Source: Octopus sinensis
Lineage: Eukaryota
Length of the DNA stretch: 64,000 bases
Direction of reading: 5' to 3'
Assembly (NCBI RefSeq): GCF_006345805.1
Contig: NC_043015.1
Span: 33,728,001 to 33,792,000, forward strand
Each line of letters opens with the position of its first letter. Within the stretch, counting starts at the first letter, position 1. Below the pieces are notes generated by a model. It did not search any database and was not told the origin of the DNA. It was given only the letters and a program-made list of their open reading frames with translations. Of the stretch, positions 12,240 through 23,320 are shown piece after piece. Position numbers and translations under genes: made by a program.

Positions 12240-13546
12240 TACTCTTTTACTTGTTTCAGTCACCATTAAGACAAATAGGTTATTAAATTTACACTCAACC
12301 AAATATGTTGAGGGAAATGCAATGAAAAGCATTTGCACTTTTTCCCCCACAGTGTTGGGAATTTATTTTTGATTCAAATATCTTTATGAAAAAAGATCAA
12401 ACTGATGGCGTGCAATGATACCAGTCTGGAGATCAATCGAATGCTCTTGAATTTCTGCCTGAAATTGTGTGGTTTCAACTTTAGAGGGATTCAAAATTCA
12501 ATCCAAGACACCTAAGTTTAACCCTTTAGCATCCACATTATTTTGTCAATGTAGATCTTATTTATTCACATTGCTTTCAGTTTTGAGACATTCATGGTGT
12601 AACTGGTCATCCTTAGAATGACATTGTAGGGTTAGGTTGAGAGGCCAGATTTTGACCATGATCAGCAAAAAAAACAAGGAGAATATTTGGGCCGGACATG
12701 ACCAGTTTAGATGCTAAATATTTAAAACATCATCAAATCTTTTTTGCATATCTTTGTGTATCTGTTTAACCATTTAGCATTTAAATTGGATATATCTGAC
12801 CCAAATAATCTGTTTTTATGTCCAAACTGGCCATGTCCAGCTTCTTAAACCTACCCTATAATGTCATTGTAAAATCACATAATCACATCATTGAAGTCTC
12901 AAAGCTACAAGATAGTACATGAATAATTCAAAGCAATGTGAGTGAATAAGCATCATATTTGACAGAGTAATTTGAATGCTAAAAGGTTAAGATGATTCGC
13001 ATACAGAATGAGGTCACTGTCCTTCAATATCTCAGTAATTGGTTCCTGATTTGGAAATTGTGAAAATTCCAAATGTTATGTGTTGTGCTAATACGCTTTG
13101 CGTTTCTTGAGGAAAGAAACAATTGCATCCTTACTTTCTATCAGACTGCTGTTTTTGCTCTGCAATTGTTGTATCTAACAAACTGAACTTTTGAAAGACA
13201 TCTGTCAGATCAAGTATATCTACCTTAGCATCAAGGAGTCTCCTTCCATTCTGTATATCAGACATGAAAGAAAGTATGGTGCCCCATGAGTGTCACAAAA
13301 TATTGAAGACAGTTTCTCTTAGAAAACTACCTCACCTTAGTATACAGCAGTAGCAATCTCAAAATCTTCACCGTTTTCTATGTTGGTTATGCATACGCTA
13401 TGTTGGGAGGTTTATTTATTTGTGTTCGAAAATAAATTATTTTTTAATGCTGTTTCTTCATCTGACAGAGGATGAGGCACTGGAATCTATGCAGAGCTCC
13501 TAAGCAGGGGGGTGAGGCAGAGTGCCAAAAGTTTGAGAATGGCCTG
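12240..13546 (-). mobile_element. second decayed hAT (Charlie/Buster-type) transposon, interrupted by two MITEs
   Basis: Minus-strand remnants ENGEDFE/LLLYTKVR*FSKRNCLQYF (the LLLxTEVRWLSxG motif) and EKVQMLFIAFPSTYLVE. TIR-like end CAGGCCATTCTCAAACTTTT (reverse complement) finishes at 13546. Confidence 0.82.
12518..12990. mobile_element. two family 1 piggyBac-like MITEs in inverted orientation
   Basis: Copies at 12518-12725 (TTAACCCTTTAGCAT...) and 12766-12990 (...ATGCTAAAAGGTTAA). Their interiors are reverse complements of each other. Confidence 0.85.
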
Positions 13547-13720
13547 ACACAAATCATTATCTCAGGTATGTAATGGACACAAATCATTATCTGGGGTATG
13601 TATTAGACGTAACTTATTACCTATCACCCATTATCTGAGGTGTATTTCAGATACACCACATTATTCATGGCCTGTACCAGACAACTCATTATCTAATGCC
13701 CGTAGCAGACATAACCTGTT
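13546..13720. repeat. degenerate ~30-bp minisatellite
   Basis: gacacaaatcattatctcaggtatgtaatg, then gacacaaatcattatctggggtatgtatta, then 3-4 more decayed units. Confidence 0.7.
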
Positions 13721-14142
13721 GTGTAAGACCTGAAGCAGATACTGCATAAATAAACTAAAGATATGGATTGTGTGCATGCATGCAAGTGTGTCTGTGTGTG
13801 TATGCATGTGTGTACACAGGCACGTATTTTAGAATGCAAATGCAGAAACATCGAGAAATATGTAAAGTAATTATTAACAATGTGTCCAAAAGCAAATTCA
13901 GCTGCGAATAACAACTTACAAAGCATTGACAAAAAAAGCATTTTTAGTCAAGATGACATTTTTAATATAACTAAATATGGTAACTTGACTAAGACAAAAT
14001 TTGCTATCTTTTCTCTGTATTGCAGATCTAGAACAATATCAGTGGCTGATAAATGATTACTAGTCATCGTTGTCAGAAGAAATACTGCTAAGCAGCCCTT
14101 TATATTTATGAGATTGAATCTTGCAGAGGTTAATTTTGCCTT

Positions 14143-14283
14143 TCATTCGAATATTTTCTACTACCACCGAGATCTGCACCCATGGTCGGCTTCACCCGGG
14201 CTCGCGCCTGCAGCTTCCATGCACACCACAGTGCCCTCCTACTCGACCGGGCATTGAAAAGTCGCCTCGCTGGCGATCGCGCA
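14143..14283 (-). pseudogene. 28S rRNA: dispersed 28S rRNA fragment (rDNA pseudogene)
   Basis: Reverse complement reads GAGTAGGAGGGCACTGTGGTGTGCATGGAAGCTGCAGGCGCGAGCCCGGGTGAAGCCGACCATGGGTGCAGATCTCGGTGGTAGTAGAAAATATTCGAATGA. This matches the conserved eukaryotic LSU core ...GCAGATCTTGGTGGTAGTAGCAAATATTC. Confidence 0.9.
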
Positions 14284-14609
14284 ACCAATCAGCACCAATC
14301 ACTTTAGTCCTGATGCTCAACCTCTAGTATTGGTGGTACAATAAGACACCTAAAATCTTGATTGTGAAGTGTCTGTGGCAGGTGGGGCATTGAGCCAGTA
14401 AAGACCATGCCATAATTATAACAACCACAAATACAGAGAAAGTCCTTATTTGAGTAAACAGGACTAATATTTGCCATGTTAGTGTTGCACATGGCCAGAT
14501 GTTTCCACCTCACAACCATGTCAAAAGCCCTTAACTGTAATCCAATGATCACACAATCTCTTCTTTTTAGATGCAGAAAACAGACATCAAACAAGAATCT
14601 ACACACCAC

Positions 14610-16300
14610 CCACATCCCCCTCCCACACCAGTTTCCAGGGCCACCACCATCAATGAAACGTAGGCCTATAGAGATTAAAGTGATGCTGGAGTGGAGGCAA
14701 GTAGATGTGGGTTATGTGCAAAACGTTAGGCAGAGGGAGCTGCAGACAGATTTCTCACATGCAAAGAGCATAGTACAACTTCTTTTGCCATGGTAACCAC
14801 ATGGGGTGTGTAGAGCAAGCATTCGAGAAACAGATACCTATAGTGAGATAGCCAGGGTGAGAAATGTTTATTAGTCATAAACAACACAAAAACAATCGTC
14901 TCTGCAGATGTACCACACTCAGGACTGACAGACAAAGTGTGCAGATCAATTTGGTAGTGAACAAGAATGACCTCTCATCACGGCTATATGGCTTTAATGG
15001 TGGATGTATTGAGGTGGTTGCTCCGGTGTACATGGAGACTTTGCATTGTGCAAAGAATGGAAAGCAGTTGAGGCTTCTGGAGCTCTGTGATGCAAATGAT
15101 CTAAACATCTGTAACACTAATTTCAGGGAACTGGTCAACTGCATCACACACTAATCAGATGGATAAACAAAGACACACACAAGCCAGGCAGACTTTGTTC
15201 CCTCTGGGAAACAGGACAGAAATGGTTGTGAATGCTAAATCTTTCTTAAATGAAGAATGTGTCACTCAACAGAAAAGTGATTTAAGACTTCAGATTAAGA
15301 GCCACAGAGATTCAGGAATATAAATCAATCACGAGAAAGATGGTATGAAAGTTGAAAGATCCATCAGAGAGGGGTTCAAGAGGACACACGTTATGAGAAG
15401 TAGGAGACAGTGGAGACACATAACATAGAAAACCAGAGGTTGCTTCAAGACAAACTGCTGTGATTAGATCTGTGGATGGAGCAAGGAACCAAACTGAGAG
15501 AAGTGATGGAATGGAACTGCAGAGGGAGCCATAAAAGACAGGTCTGTAAACGTTCAAAGAATGAGGGGAACCAGGAACAATATATTGAGAAGCGAAAATG
15601 GAAATACAGTATCAGCTAGATAGTAGCTTAGAATGAAGGTGAAAGGGGTCTACCAATGTTCTGTGATGAGATGTGGGGTGTGATCTGGATTTCAAATCAC
15701 TGTGTCAGTGTAAATCCCACTATAGGAGTAAAGTGTGTGTAGAATGACAGCAGCTCATTTACTTTCACAAAAGCTAGAAGGAAGAAGCTAGGCAATTTTA
15801 TTTCAAGGGGTTGTTGAATGTAGAGAACACAGAGAAATGATTCTGTTTCGTTTTTGTATCTGCAAGTAGCAACAAAAAAAAGCTTTGACAAACAAAAACA
15901 AAACAAATGAGCTGGACTAATAATAAAGAGGAGTGGAATTGAACCAGAGTGTGTGTTCATCATATTGGCACTTGACCCTCCCTAGACACAGCAACATCAG
16001 AGAAAACATTTCTGAAAGTATATTTAAAAGAGACCAGCAATTGAAGTTGACAACTACACAGTCAAAAGCATGCTTAAGGATGATAGGATGGTGTCCAATG
16101 AGGATGTTATCAAGAGGATAAAACTAGTAGGGACAGTGTTCGTGACTCAGAGGAAACTCCAAGCCAAGAGACTGGCATAAGAATATCACCAACAACAATC
16201 TCAGAAGCAAAGGAGATGTTTTAGAGAGTAGTGGTGGGCACCAAGTTATGAAAGTAGCAAAAAGTGTTCGAGAATAATTCATCAGGAAAACAATTATCTA
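14610..16300 (+). pseudogene. decayed RTE-clade LINE (AP endonuclease into the pre-RT region)
   Basis: MKRRPIEIKVMLEWRQVDVGYVQNVR resembles the APE motif LERRRVDVCCVQEVRW. RLLELCDANDLNICNTNFRE resembles LLEFCDANDL.ICNTNF. A WKLKDP-like segment follows. Heavily disrupted. Confidence 0.8.
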
Positions 16301-16334
16301 AATTGAAATGCATTAGAGAGGAGTTTAAGGCCAG

Positions 16335-16530
16335 CTACTCATAAAAACTTTAGCTTGCTGGAGTACTACTGCCTTAAAGGGTATTTTAGTCAAACAAATC
16401 GACCCCCAAGACATTCCTTGTAAGTCTAGTGCTTATTCTGTCAGTTTCTTTTACTCAACTGCTAAATTACAGGGATGTAAACACAACATCAACTGTCAAG
16501 CGATGGTGAATGTGGACAGACACAAAGACA
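16335..16530 (-). mobile_element. family A SINE, 3' part
   Basis: gctggagtactactgcc...aaatcgaccccc...agtctagtgcttattct...gggatgtaaacaca is the reverse complement of the family A tail. Confidence 0.7.
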
Positions 16531-16544
16531 CACACATATATATA

Positions 16545-16990
16545 AATTTAATTGGAGGATATGTTAACCTCCTGAAGGGATGGTTGCAGCCAAGGAAATA
16601 CTGGTTCAATACCTAGTATTGTTGGGGAATGAAATTCCCTTAAAACAATAGGTATATATTAAGCATATAATTTGTATCCAGTTAAAAGAAGAAAATGGAG
16701 ATTAGGAAGTTAATTATTTATTATTAACAACTTAGTAATCTTTGCTTCTTACAACCGTTTCAATTAATACTCAATAATTTAATTACAAATTTGTATGCTA
16801 AATTTGCATTTATGTGACATGAGCATAATTTCATCAGAGAAAAAAGATGTACCTCAAGATGTTATATGTGGGCCTATCCATCATTTCATCACTGATATAA
16901 ACAAAAGGAGTGGATAGAAAATTCCATATTGTCTACAAAGTAAAGAAAGGGTGCCCAACCCATGCATGCATGAAAAAACATGCGTAAGTT
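16545..16990 (-). mobile_element. Penelope-like element terminal repeat (pLTR) remnant
   Basis: Inferred from the minimal type I hammerhead it contains, which is typical of PLE pLTRs, and from TA-rich/microsatellite flanks. No ORF seen. Confidence 0.5.
16745..16842 (-). ncRNA. type I hammerhead ribozyme motif
   Basis: Minus strand: UUUCU-CUGAUGA-AAUUAUGCUCA...UGAGUAUUAAUU-GAAA-CGGUUG-UA/AGAAG. Both core boxes are intact, stems I and II pair, and stem III is short and quasi-palindromic. Confidence 0.75.
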
Positions 16991-16993
16991 AGG

Positions 16994-17036
<43 letters not shown>

Positions 17037-18291
17037 TACACATATCAGTTACAGAGATATTATCATAATAACAGTACAAAGTAACCAATGAGAAAACAAG
17101 AGAGGCGAATATTGATGCATTTGACAGACAAACTGTATTCTATTTTGTGTGTGCGTACGTGTGCATGCGTGCACATGAAGTAGTTCAGAAGATCAAGTCA
17201 AAATTATTCAAATATACACTCAGCTGTGTATATATTTAAAGAATGCTGATAATTATCACAATTCTTGAAATATCCATTATGACCAAGACCGTTTTTCACA
17301 CTTGCACATTTCATCATCAGATTTCTTCAGATATGGGCACATGATTACTAAAATCCTTGTTGTATATTCATCCATCAAAATTATTCCAACTAAGGAACCA
17401 CGGAAACCCAATATGGTAGTTTGCCTTGCTAAAAATAACTGTCAAACCTCCCTTATATCACATGCAATTGGTTTATAAAAGTACTGACACATTACATGAT
17501 GTGTTGCAATGTTTTAATGAAGATGGAATGGTCACAGATGGAAAATCTTTGCTCACTGATCTTTTGGATCAGAAATGACCTAAGGTCAAACATATACAAA
17601 GAGACACATGGAACACCCATAATTCTTTACTTGCACACAATCTTCCCAAGCGTATATATATACATACTGCTATAAAAGATTATTCAGGTTTTATACTTTT
17701 ACTAAAACACATCCCTCAACCAAATTACTACTACCACCACTACTAGTGTTACTATATATTCTATGGCCATTATTCTCTGTAAATAAAGTTTGTGAGCCAT
17801 TTAAGTCAAGGTGGCTTGGACAATTTGATTGAAGAAAATTATTTTGGAATACTTAAGTTCAAATGAAACGTGGAATTTTATCATATGAGATGCTTGTAGG
17901 ATTTTATTGCATTGTAATTTGCTGTTTTTCTGTTTTCTATCAGGATGAAGGAACTATACCTTGGACATTCATAGACTTTCCAGTCTAAAGTGTCCACTAT
18001 ACAAGGTTATTCACAAATCTTCTGGATTTTTTCTGATATGCCTTTAATGTAACATCTCCAACAGAAAAGATCAGGACTAAAAACTGCTGCTGTGTAGTGA
18101 ATAGGAAGGCTAAATCCAGCCATCTGCTAAAAGTAATAAATGATATAAAGCTATTATTGGCTGGGGGGGAATAAGGTATGGCTGACTGTTTGTGAGAGGA
18201 AAAGGAAAATTAACTGCCATTAACAGATGGGGAACAACACTGAAAGCCAACTGATATTCTGGGCTTTGGTGCACAGGGAGAGAAGAACCAG

Positions 18292-18511
18292 TTAACCCTT
18301 TGGCATTGAAATCAGCAACATCTGGCCCAAATATTCTACCTATTTTATGTTTAGACTGACCATATGTGACCTCTCACACCTACCCTACAATGTCATTACA
18401 GAAATAATCACATAATCAAAATCTTAAAGCTACAAGGTAATGCATTATTAATTAAAAACAACAGGAATAAACGTTACATTTAACAGAGTATTCGGAATGC
18501 TAAAGGGTTAA
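18292..18511. mobile_element. piggyBac-like MITE, family 1, full-length
   Basis: TTAA|CCCTTTGGCATT ... AATGCTAAAGGG|TTAA: TIRs begin CCC and a TTAA target lies on both sides. Confidence 0.9.
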
Positions 18512-19555
18512 ATTGACCCAGTATTTTACTGGTATTCTGTTTCTTTGGAAAAATGAAACGGTAAGTTAATTTCAGAAGGACTTGAACTCAGTACTTTATC
18601 AATATTAATACTTTCTCACTTAGGCATAAGGCCAGAAACTTGGGTGTGGTTGTTGTTGGTGGTGGTGGTGGTGGTGGTTGTGGCAGCAGAGGAGGGGGAG
18701 GAAGTGTTACTTGACCTCAATATTTATCTGGTATTCTGTTTTATTGACTGAAGATGGATAAATGGTAAAGTTGACCAAGGCAGGATCTGAATTCAGAACA
18801 TAGAACTCAGAACAAATACCACAAGGTATCTTCGATACAACAAGGGTCTATATATTACAATAATACATGCAGAGAGGGAGAGAGAGCTAATAAATCAGTA
18901 GAATGGGATGATGATGATGATTATGGTTATTATGGAAACAATAATAAATACAGCTGGCTTCAGTTATATCTCCATGGTGATAAGTTAACGATGACAATAA
19001 TCAAGATATCAACAGACAATATAATTAAAATGCAACATGATGATGGCAATGATGATGGTGGTGAGGACGACAGTGATAAACAATAGAGTTAAACTAAAAT
19101 ATATTGCGATAATGGTGATGACGATTATGAAAAGAGATATACATAATATATCACAGCTGAGATCATATTGCTGCTGCTGCTGCTGCAGATGATAATAATG
19201 ATACAGTATAGAGAACAGAAAAAGCTAAACTTTGCACAGTCTGTGATGAAGTAGAATTACAGCAGTGAATTGCTTTAATATGATGTAAAATAATGAAAAT
19301 ATTCCCAGCTCCCAACACGAGAAAAACTAAGTGCAGATAGCAGAGACCGCATTTGTTTACTGCAGATATTGTTGCAGCTGACAGCAACCTTCAGAAACAA
19401 GAGCAACAACAACAACACAGTGCCACTGCTTTGCACTTTCCACTGCTGCAATGCATGCGTGTGTGTGTGGTGTAGTTGCTACAAGAAGGCAGTATCAATG
19501 TTAGAGTTTAGTTGACAACAGGCTCCATCATGCATCATAGCAGTTATTGGTATCC

Positions 19556-19903
19556 GCAGATGTGGCTGCGTGGCAAGAAGCTTGCTTCCCAACCACTCGG
19601 CACCTTAGGCCAAGTGTCTTCTATTATAGCCTCCAGCCAATCAGAGCATTGTGACTAGATTTGGTAGATGGAAAGTGAAAGAAACCGGTCGTGTGTGTGT
19701 GCGTGCGTGTCCGTGCATGTGTGTGTCCCCATCTCACCACTACTTTACAACCAGTGTTGGTGTATTTACATCCTGAAACTTAGCAATTCGGCAATAGAAA
19801 TCAACAGAATACCAGGTTTGACAAAAAAATAGGTACTGGGGTCGATTCCTTCAACTATAAATTCTGCCCCAGCATGGCCACAGTCTAATGACTAAAACAA
19901 AAG
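19556..19903 (+). mobile_element. family A SINE
   Basis: gtggctgcgtggcaagaagcttgcttcccaacc...gatttggtagatggaaa...(TG)n...ccccagcatggccacagtctaatgactaaaac. Confidence 0.8.
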
Positions 19904-20029
19904 AACTTACTCAGCACACAGTAGTCTAACCTCAGGCCACTCGTCCAGATTGACACAAGGCTACACTTACACTAGAAGTTCATTTGCTACTATCCACAAT
20001 AAACATTATTTCCAAACAATTAAGTCAAC

Positions 20030-20390
20030 GGAGCCTGTTTGTGGTCACTCGCTTTACTAGAAATAGCAATGCAATTTCTTCAAATCACATCCTTATGTCT
20101 TAACCATTTAGCATTTAAACTGGTCACATCCGGACAAAATATTCTACCTGCTTTATGTTCAAACCAGCCAGATCTGGCTTATCACGCATACCCACAATGT
20201 CATTCTAAAAATATACAACCACATCATCAAAATTTCAAAAATATGAGATAATGTATGGTTAATTCAAAACAATATTAAATAAATAAGCACTACATTTCAG
20301 ACACTCCTAAGAAGATGGGATGTTCACGGTTGGATTGCCTTTTGATCAAAGATTTACTTGATAAGTGTTGACCTGGGGCTGAACAACAAT
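20030..20390 (+). mobile_element. family E repeat with a nested truncated family 1 MITE (about 20100-20300)
   Basis: ctagaaatagc...tcaaatcacatcctt...gatgggatg.tcacgg.tgga...gacctggggctgaacaacaa. Related copies near 17420, 22500, 39700, 44480 and 45290. Confidence 0.6.
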
Positions 20391-22679
20391 TTCCTGTCTA
20401 CTGCTTTCTCTATGTAATACTAGTCTTACATTAATGGGCCCCTGGTCATCTAACAGCCTTCCTCTATCAAATCCTAATCCTAAATTAATTGTTATTGCTC
20501 CGCTCAGAGAACTTCCAATCAAATTATGTCACATCTATTAGATGTTTTCTCTCTCTCCCTCTTAAACATAAATATAGTCCACACAGTTTGAGCATTTTGT
20601 ATTATTTACATTTTGCTAAATCAGACCCCTAGCAGCTCCCTTGCATTCTGCTATTTCACTCTGTAATAATAAGAGACCAGTAACAACATATGTCCTGAAC
20701 AGAGGACTGCACTATAAAGCAAAGTAAAGGCCAATACTACAGAGCAGAAGAACTACATCTTATGGGGCAGACATATCTTTCATCCTTTACTCATTTCAGT
20801 CATTAGACAATTGAAGCAGAGTCTAATAGACTGAAATACCAGTCAAAAACCAAGACTAATTAGCAACAGCTTTTTACACTTATGTAGGTTTATGTTAATG
20901 TTAGAAATCAATAAAAGAGACCTCTGTCACCAAAAATGTTAATGATAAGTTGTTAACAGAATTCTTAGGCTTTGAATACCAGTTCCATTAAGTACAAGAA
21001 TAGCAACAGATGTCCATGACCAAATAATTTCCCACTATTCTATATCCTGTGAAGATGTCTGAAGCTCTTTTAGAGAACCAAAGATGTATTGTGAAACTCT
21101 AGAATAACCAAGAAAAAAAAAGTTTAACAATCCTTAGGAAATCAGCAAAACATTAATGCAATATCAGGACATGGAACTGCTGAATGGTAAAAAAAAAAAC
21201 CAGCCATTACATTGACTTCAGGAATCTTTTAAATCCATTTTTTCATTAAATTGATACTCTTCAATTTTCATACCATAGTGATGTCTTGACATGAAAACCT
21301 AGGGGCAAAATTTTTCAAAAGTTTTAAGCTCTTGTTTCTCACAAAAAGTTTCAAAATAACTGGGGTTTTACTCCCATCACCAAATCTATTATAGTTCTAA
21401 ATAATAGACAGAGGAAATCTTTGGTTGTCTTCTTTCACAAAAAGTGAAATTAAGAAAGCTGCAGAGATAGTAGGAGTCTTTTGAGTTGATTCTTTCACAG
21501 TTTTACTTTACTTAAGACCCCTATCTTTAGCTGTAGCAACCAAACTTCATGACAAAAGGACAAAGTTGTCAATGGTGGCCTAATGACCTATTAAAGATAG
21601 TATGACATCAGTCACTCATATTTTCTTTTTTTCCCCCCTCAGTATGAATAAAATTAAAAAAAACAACCTACATGAAATATTTCAATCTATTTAAGAATCT
21701 GAGAGAACTGTTCAAGTAAAGATTTCTAAAAAATAGCTTAAAACCAATAGAAAATAAACTTCCAAAGAACAAAGTAAAAATATAAGAAATTTCACAATTT
21801 CTGGGAATAAGAAGTTTTATAAAAATCGATGTTATCCAAAGACAGCATTGTTTCACTAACTTTTTCTTAAAGCACACTTATCTTGTGACTATTACTACAT
21901 TCCATATAAGAGAGAAATATGAATATTAAATTGTTTTTCTTGATTCTAAAGTCGAACATTTCAGTGAAACAATTAGTCTCTAAACATCTTTGAAAAGAGA
22001 AGGCAAACAACCTGAGAGATCAAGGAGCAAGTTAGATGTTAAAGACATTTTGTCATAAAAAACAGAAATTTCCAATAAATTTATCACTATAAACTATTGT
22101 TGAAGTAATTAGCTCTCAATTGTAGACTGTTTTTTCTATGAAGGGGTCAGTTATACTGTCCCCCTGGGTCAACTTTGGTACAGTTATACTGGAACATTTT
22201 ACCAGTATAGTTAGATAATAGAATGCGTACGACTATAGCAACTACAATTGCTGTAGGGATCTAAGTCAATTATAATCAATAATGTTGTTGTGAAGCATCT
22301 TGTAGAAGGAATGTCAGGCTTGCTGAAGATGATATTTTGGAATACATAGAAATTATTTTTAAGAATCAATGCTGAACTTTCTTAAAGAGGAACCACAGAA
22401 AATGGAGTCTACTGCCAAGGTAAAGTTGTTGAAGACAACTGATTAATATATATTGGAAGACTGACAGAGTTGCTATGTGATCACTCTCAAATCATGCCAA
22501 CTGATATATACTGGAAGAATGAGGATGTTCCTCGGTGGTGACTTTCAAATCATACTGTCTTAAAATAGGAAGGATACATCCAGAAAATGTAGAATTAAAT
22601 ATACAAAACAACAGGATTGTTCACAGCCAGAACACCTTTGCTCATAGGTCAACCCTTGATCAGAGCTGATATGTCATCA

Positions 22680-22888
22680 ACCTTTTAAAATTTAAACCAG
22701 CCAGATCCTGACCAAATAGTCTAGCTTTTATATTAAAACTGGCATGGCCTACCCAATAATGATATTGTAAAAATAAACAATCACATGATCAAAATCTTGA
22801 AGCTTCAAGATAGTGCATGATTTATTCAAAACAATATGCAGAAATAAGGTATAACATAAGGTATAAATCTGAATGCTAAAGGATTTAA
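22680..22888. mobile_element. family 1 MITE
   Basis: tttaaaccagccagatcc...aaacaatcacatgatcaaaatcttgaagct...tctgaatgctaaaggatttaa. Confidence 0.7.
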
Positions 22889-22947
22889 CAACAATAACCT
22901 AAATAATAAACAATCAGAATTTACAGATGCTGTCCACTAGTTGGAAA

Positions 22948-23320
22948 AAGGTGTGTCTATGTAGTAAGAAGTTTGCTTCCAAACCTAATGGTTGTGGCTT
23001 CAGTCCCATTATGTGACACCTTGGGCCAGTGTCTTCCATTGTAGCCTCAAGCCAACCAAAGCCTTGTGAGTAGATTTGATAGGCAGAAACTGAAAGAAGC
23101 TTGTCGTATATGTGTGTGAGTGTGTGTGTGTGCTTGTCCACGACCACCACTTGCCAACCGATGTTGGTATGCTTACTTCTCTGTAACTTATCGGTTTGGC
23201 AAAAGTGATCAATAGAATAAGTACCAGGCTTTTAAAATATTAAGTGCTGGGGTTGATTTTTTCAACTAAAATTTTCCAAGGCTGTGCTCCAGCATGACCA
23301 CAGCCTAATGACAGAAAACA
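22948..23320 (+). mobile_element. family A SINE
   Basis: Head, internal (TG)n and tail all align to the 1899-2290 copy. Confidence 0.8.

Noticed and set aside
13546-13720. ~30-bp periodic repeats, superficially CRISPR-like (also ~42-bp units at 32111-32220)
   Set aside because: The units are contiguous and degenerate with no unique spacers, there are no cas genes, and the context is eukaryotic: these are minisatellites.
17944-17988. Plus-strand acceptor followed by DEGTIPWTFIDFPV*, resembling the myosin EGIxWxFIDF motif
   Set aside because: It has an extra residue, stops immediately, has no good donor, and no other myosin-like exons are present; probably chance.
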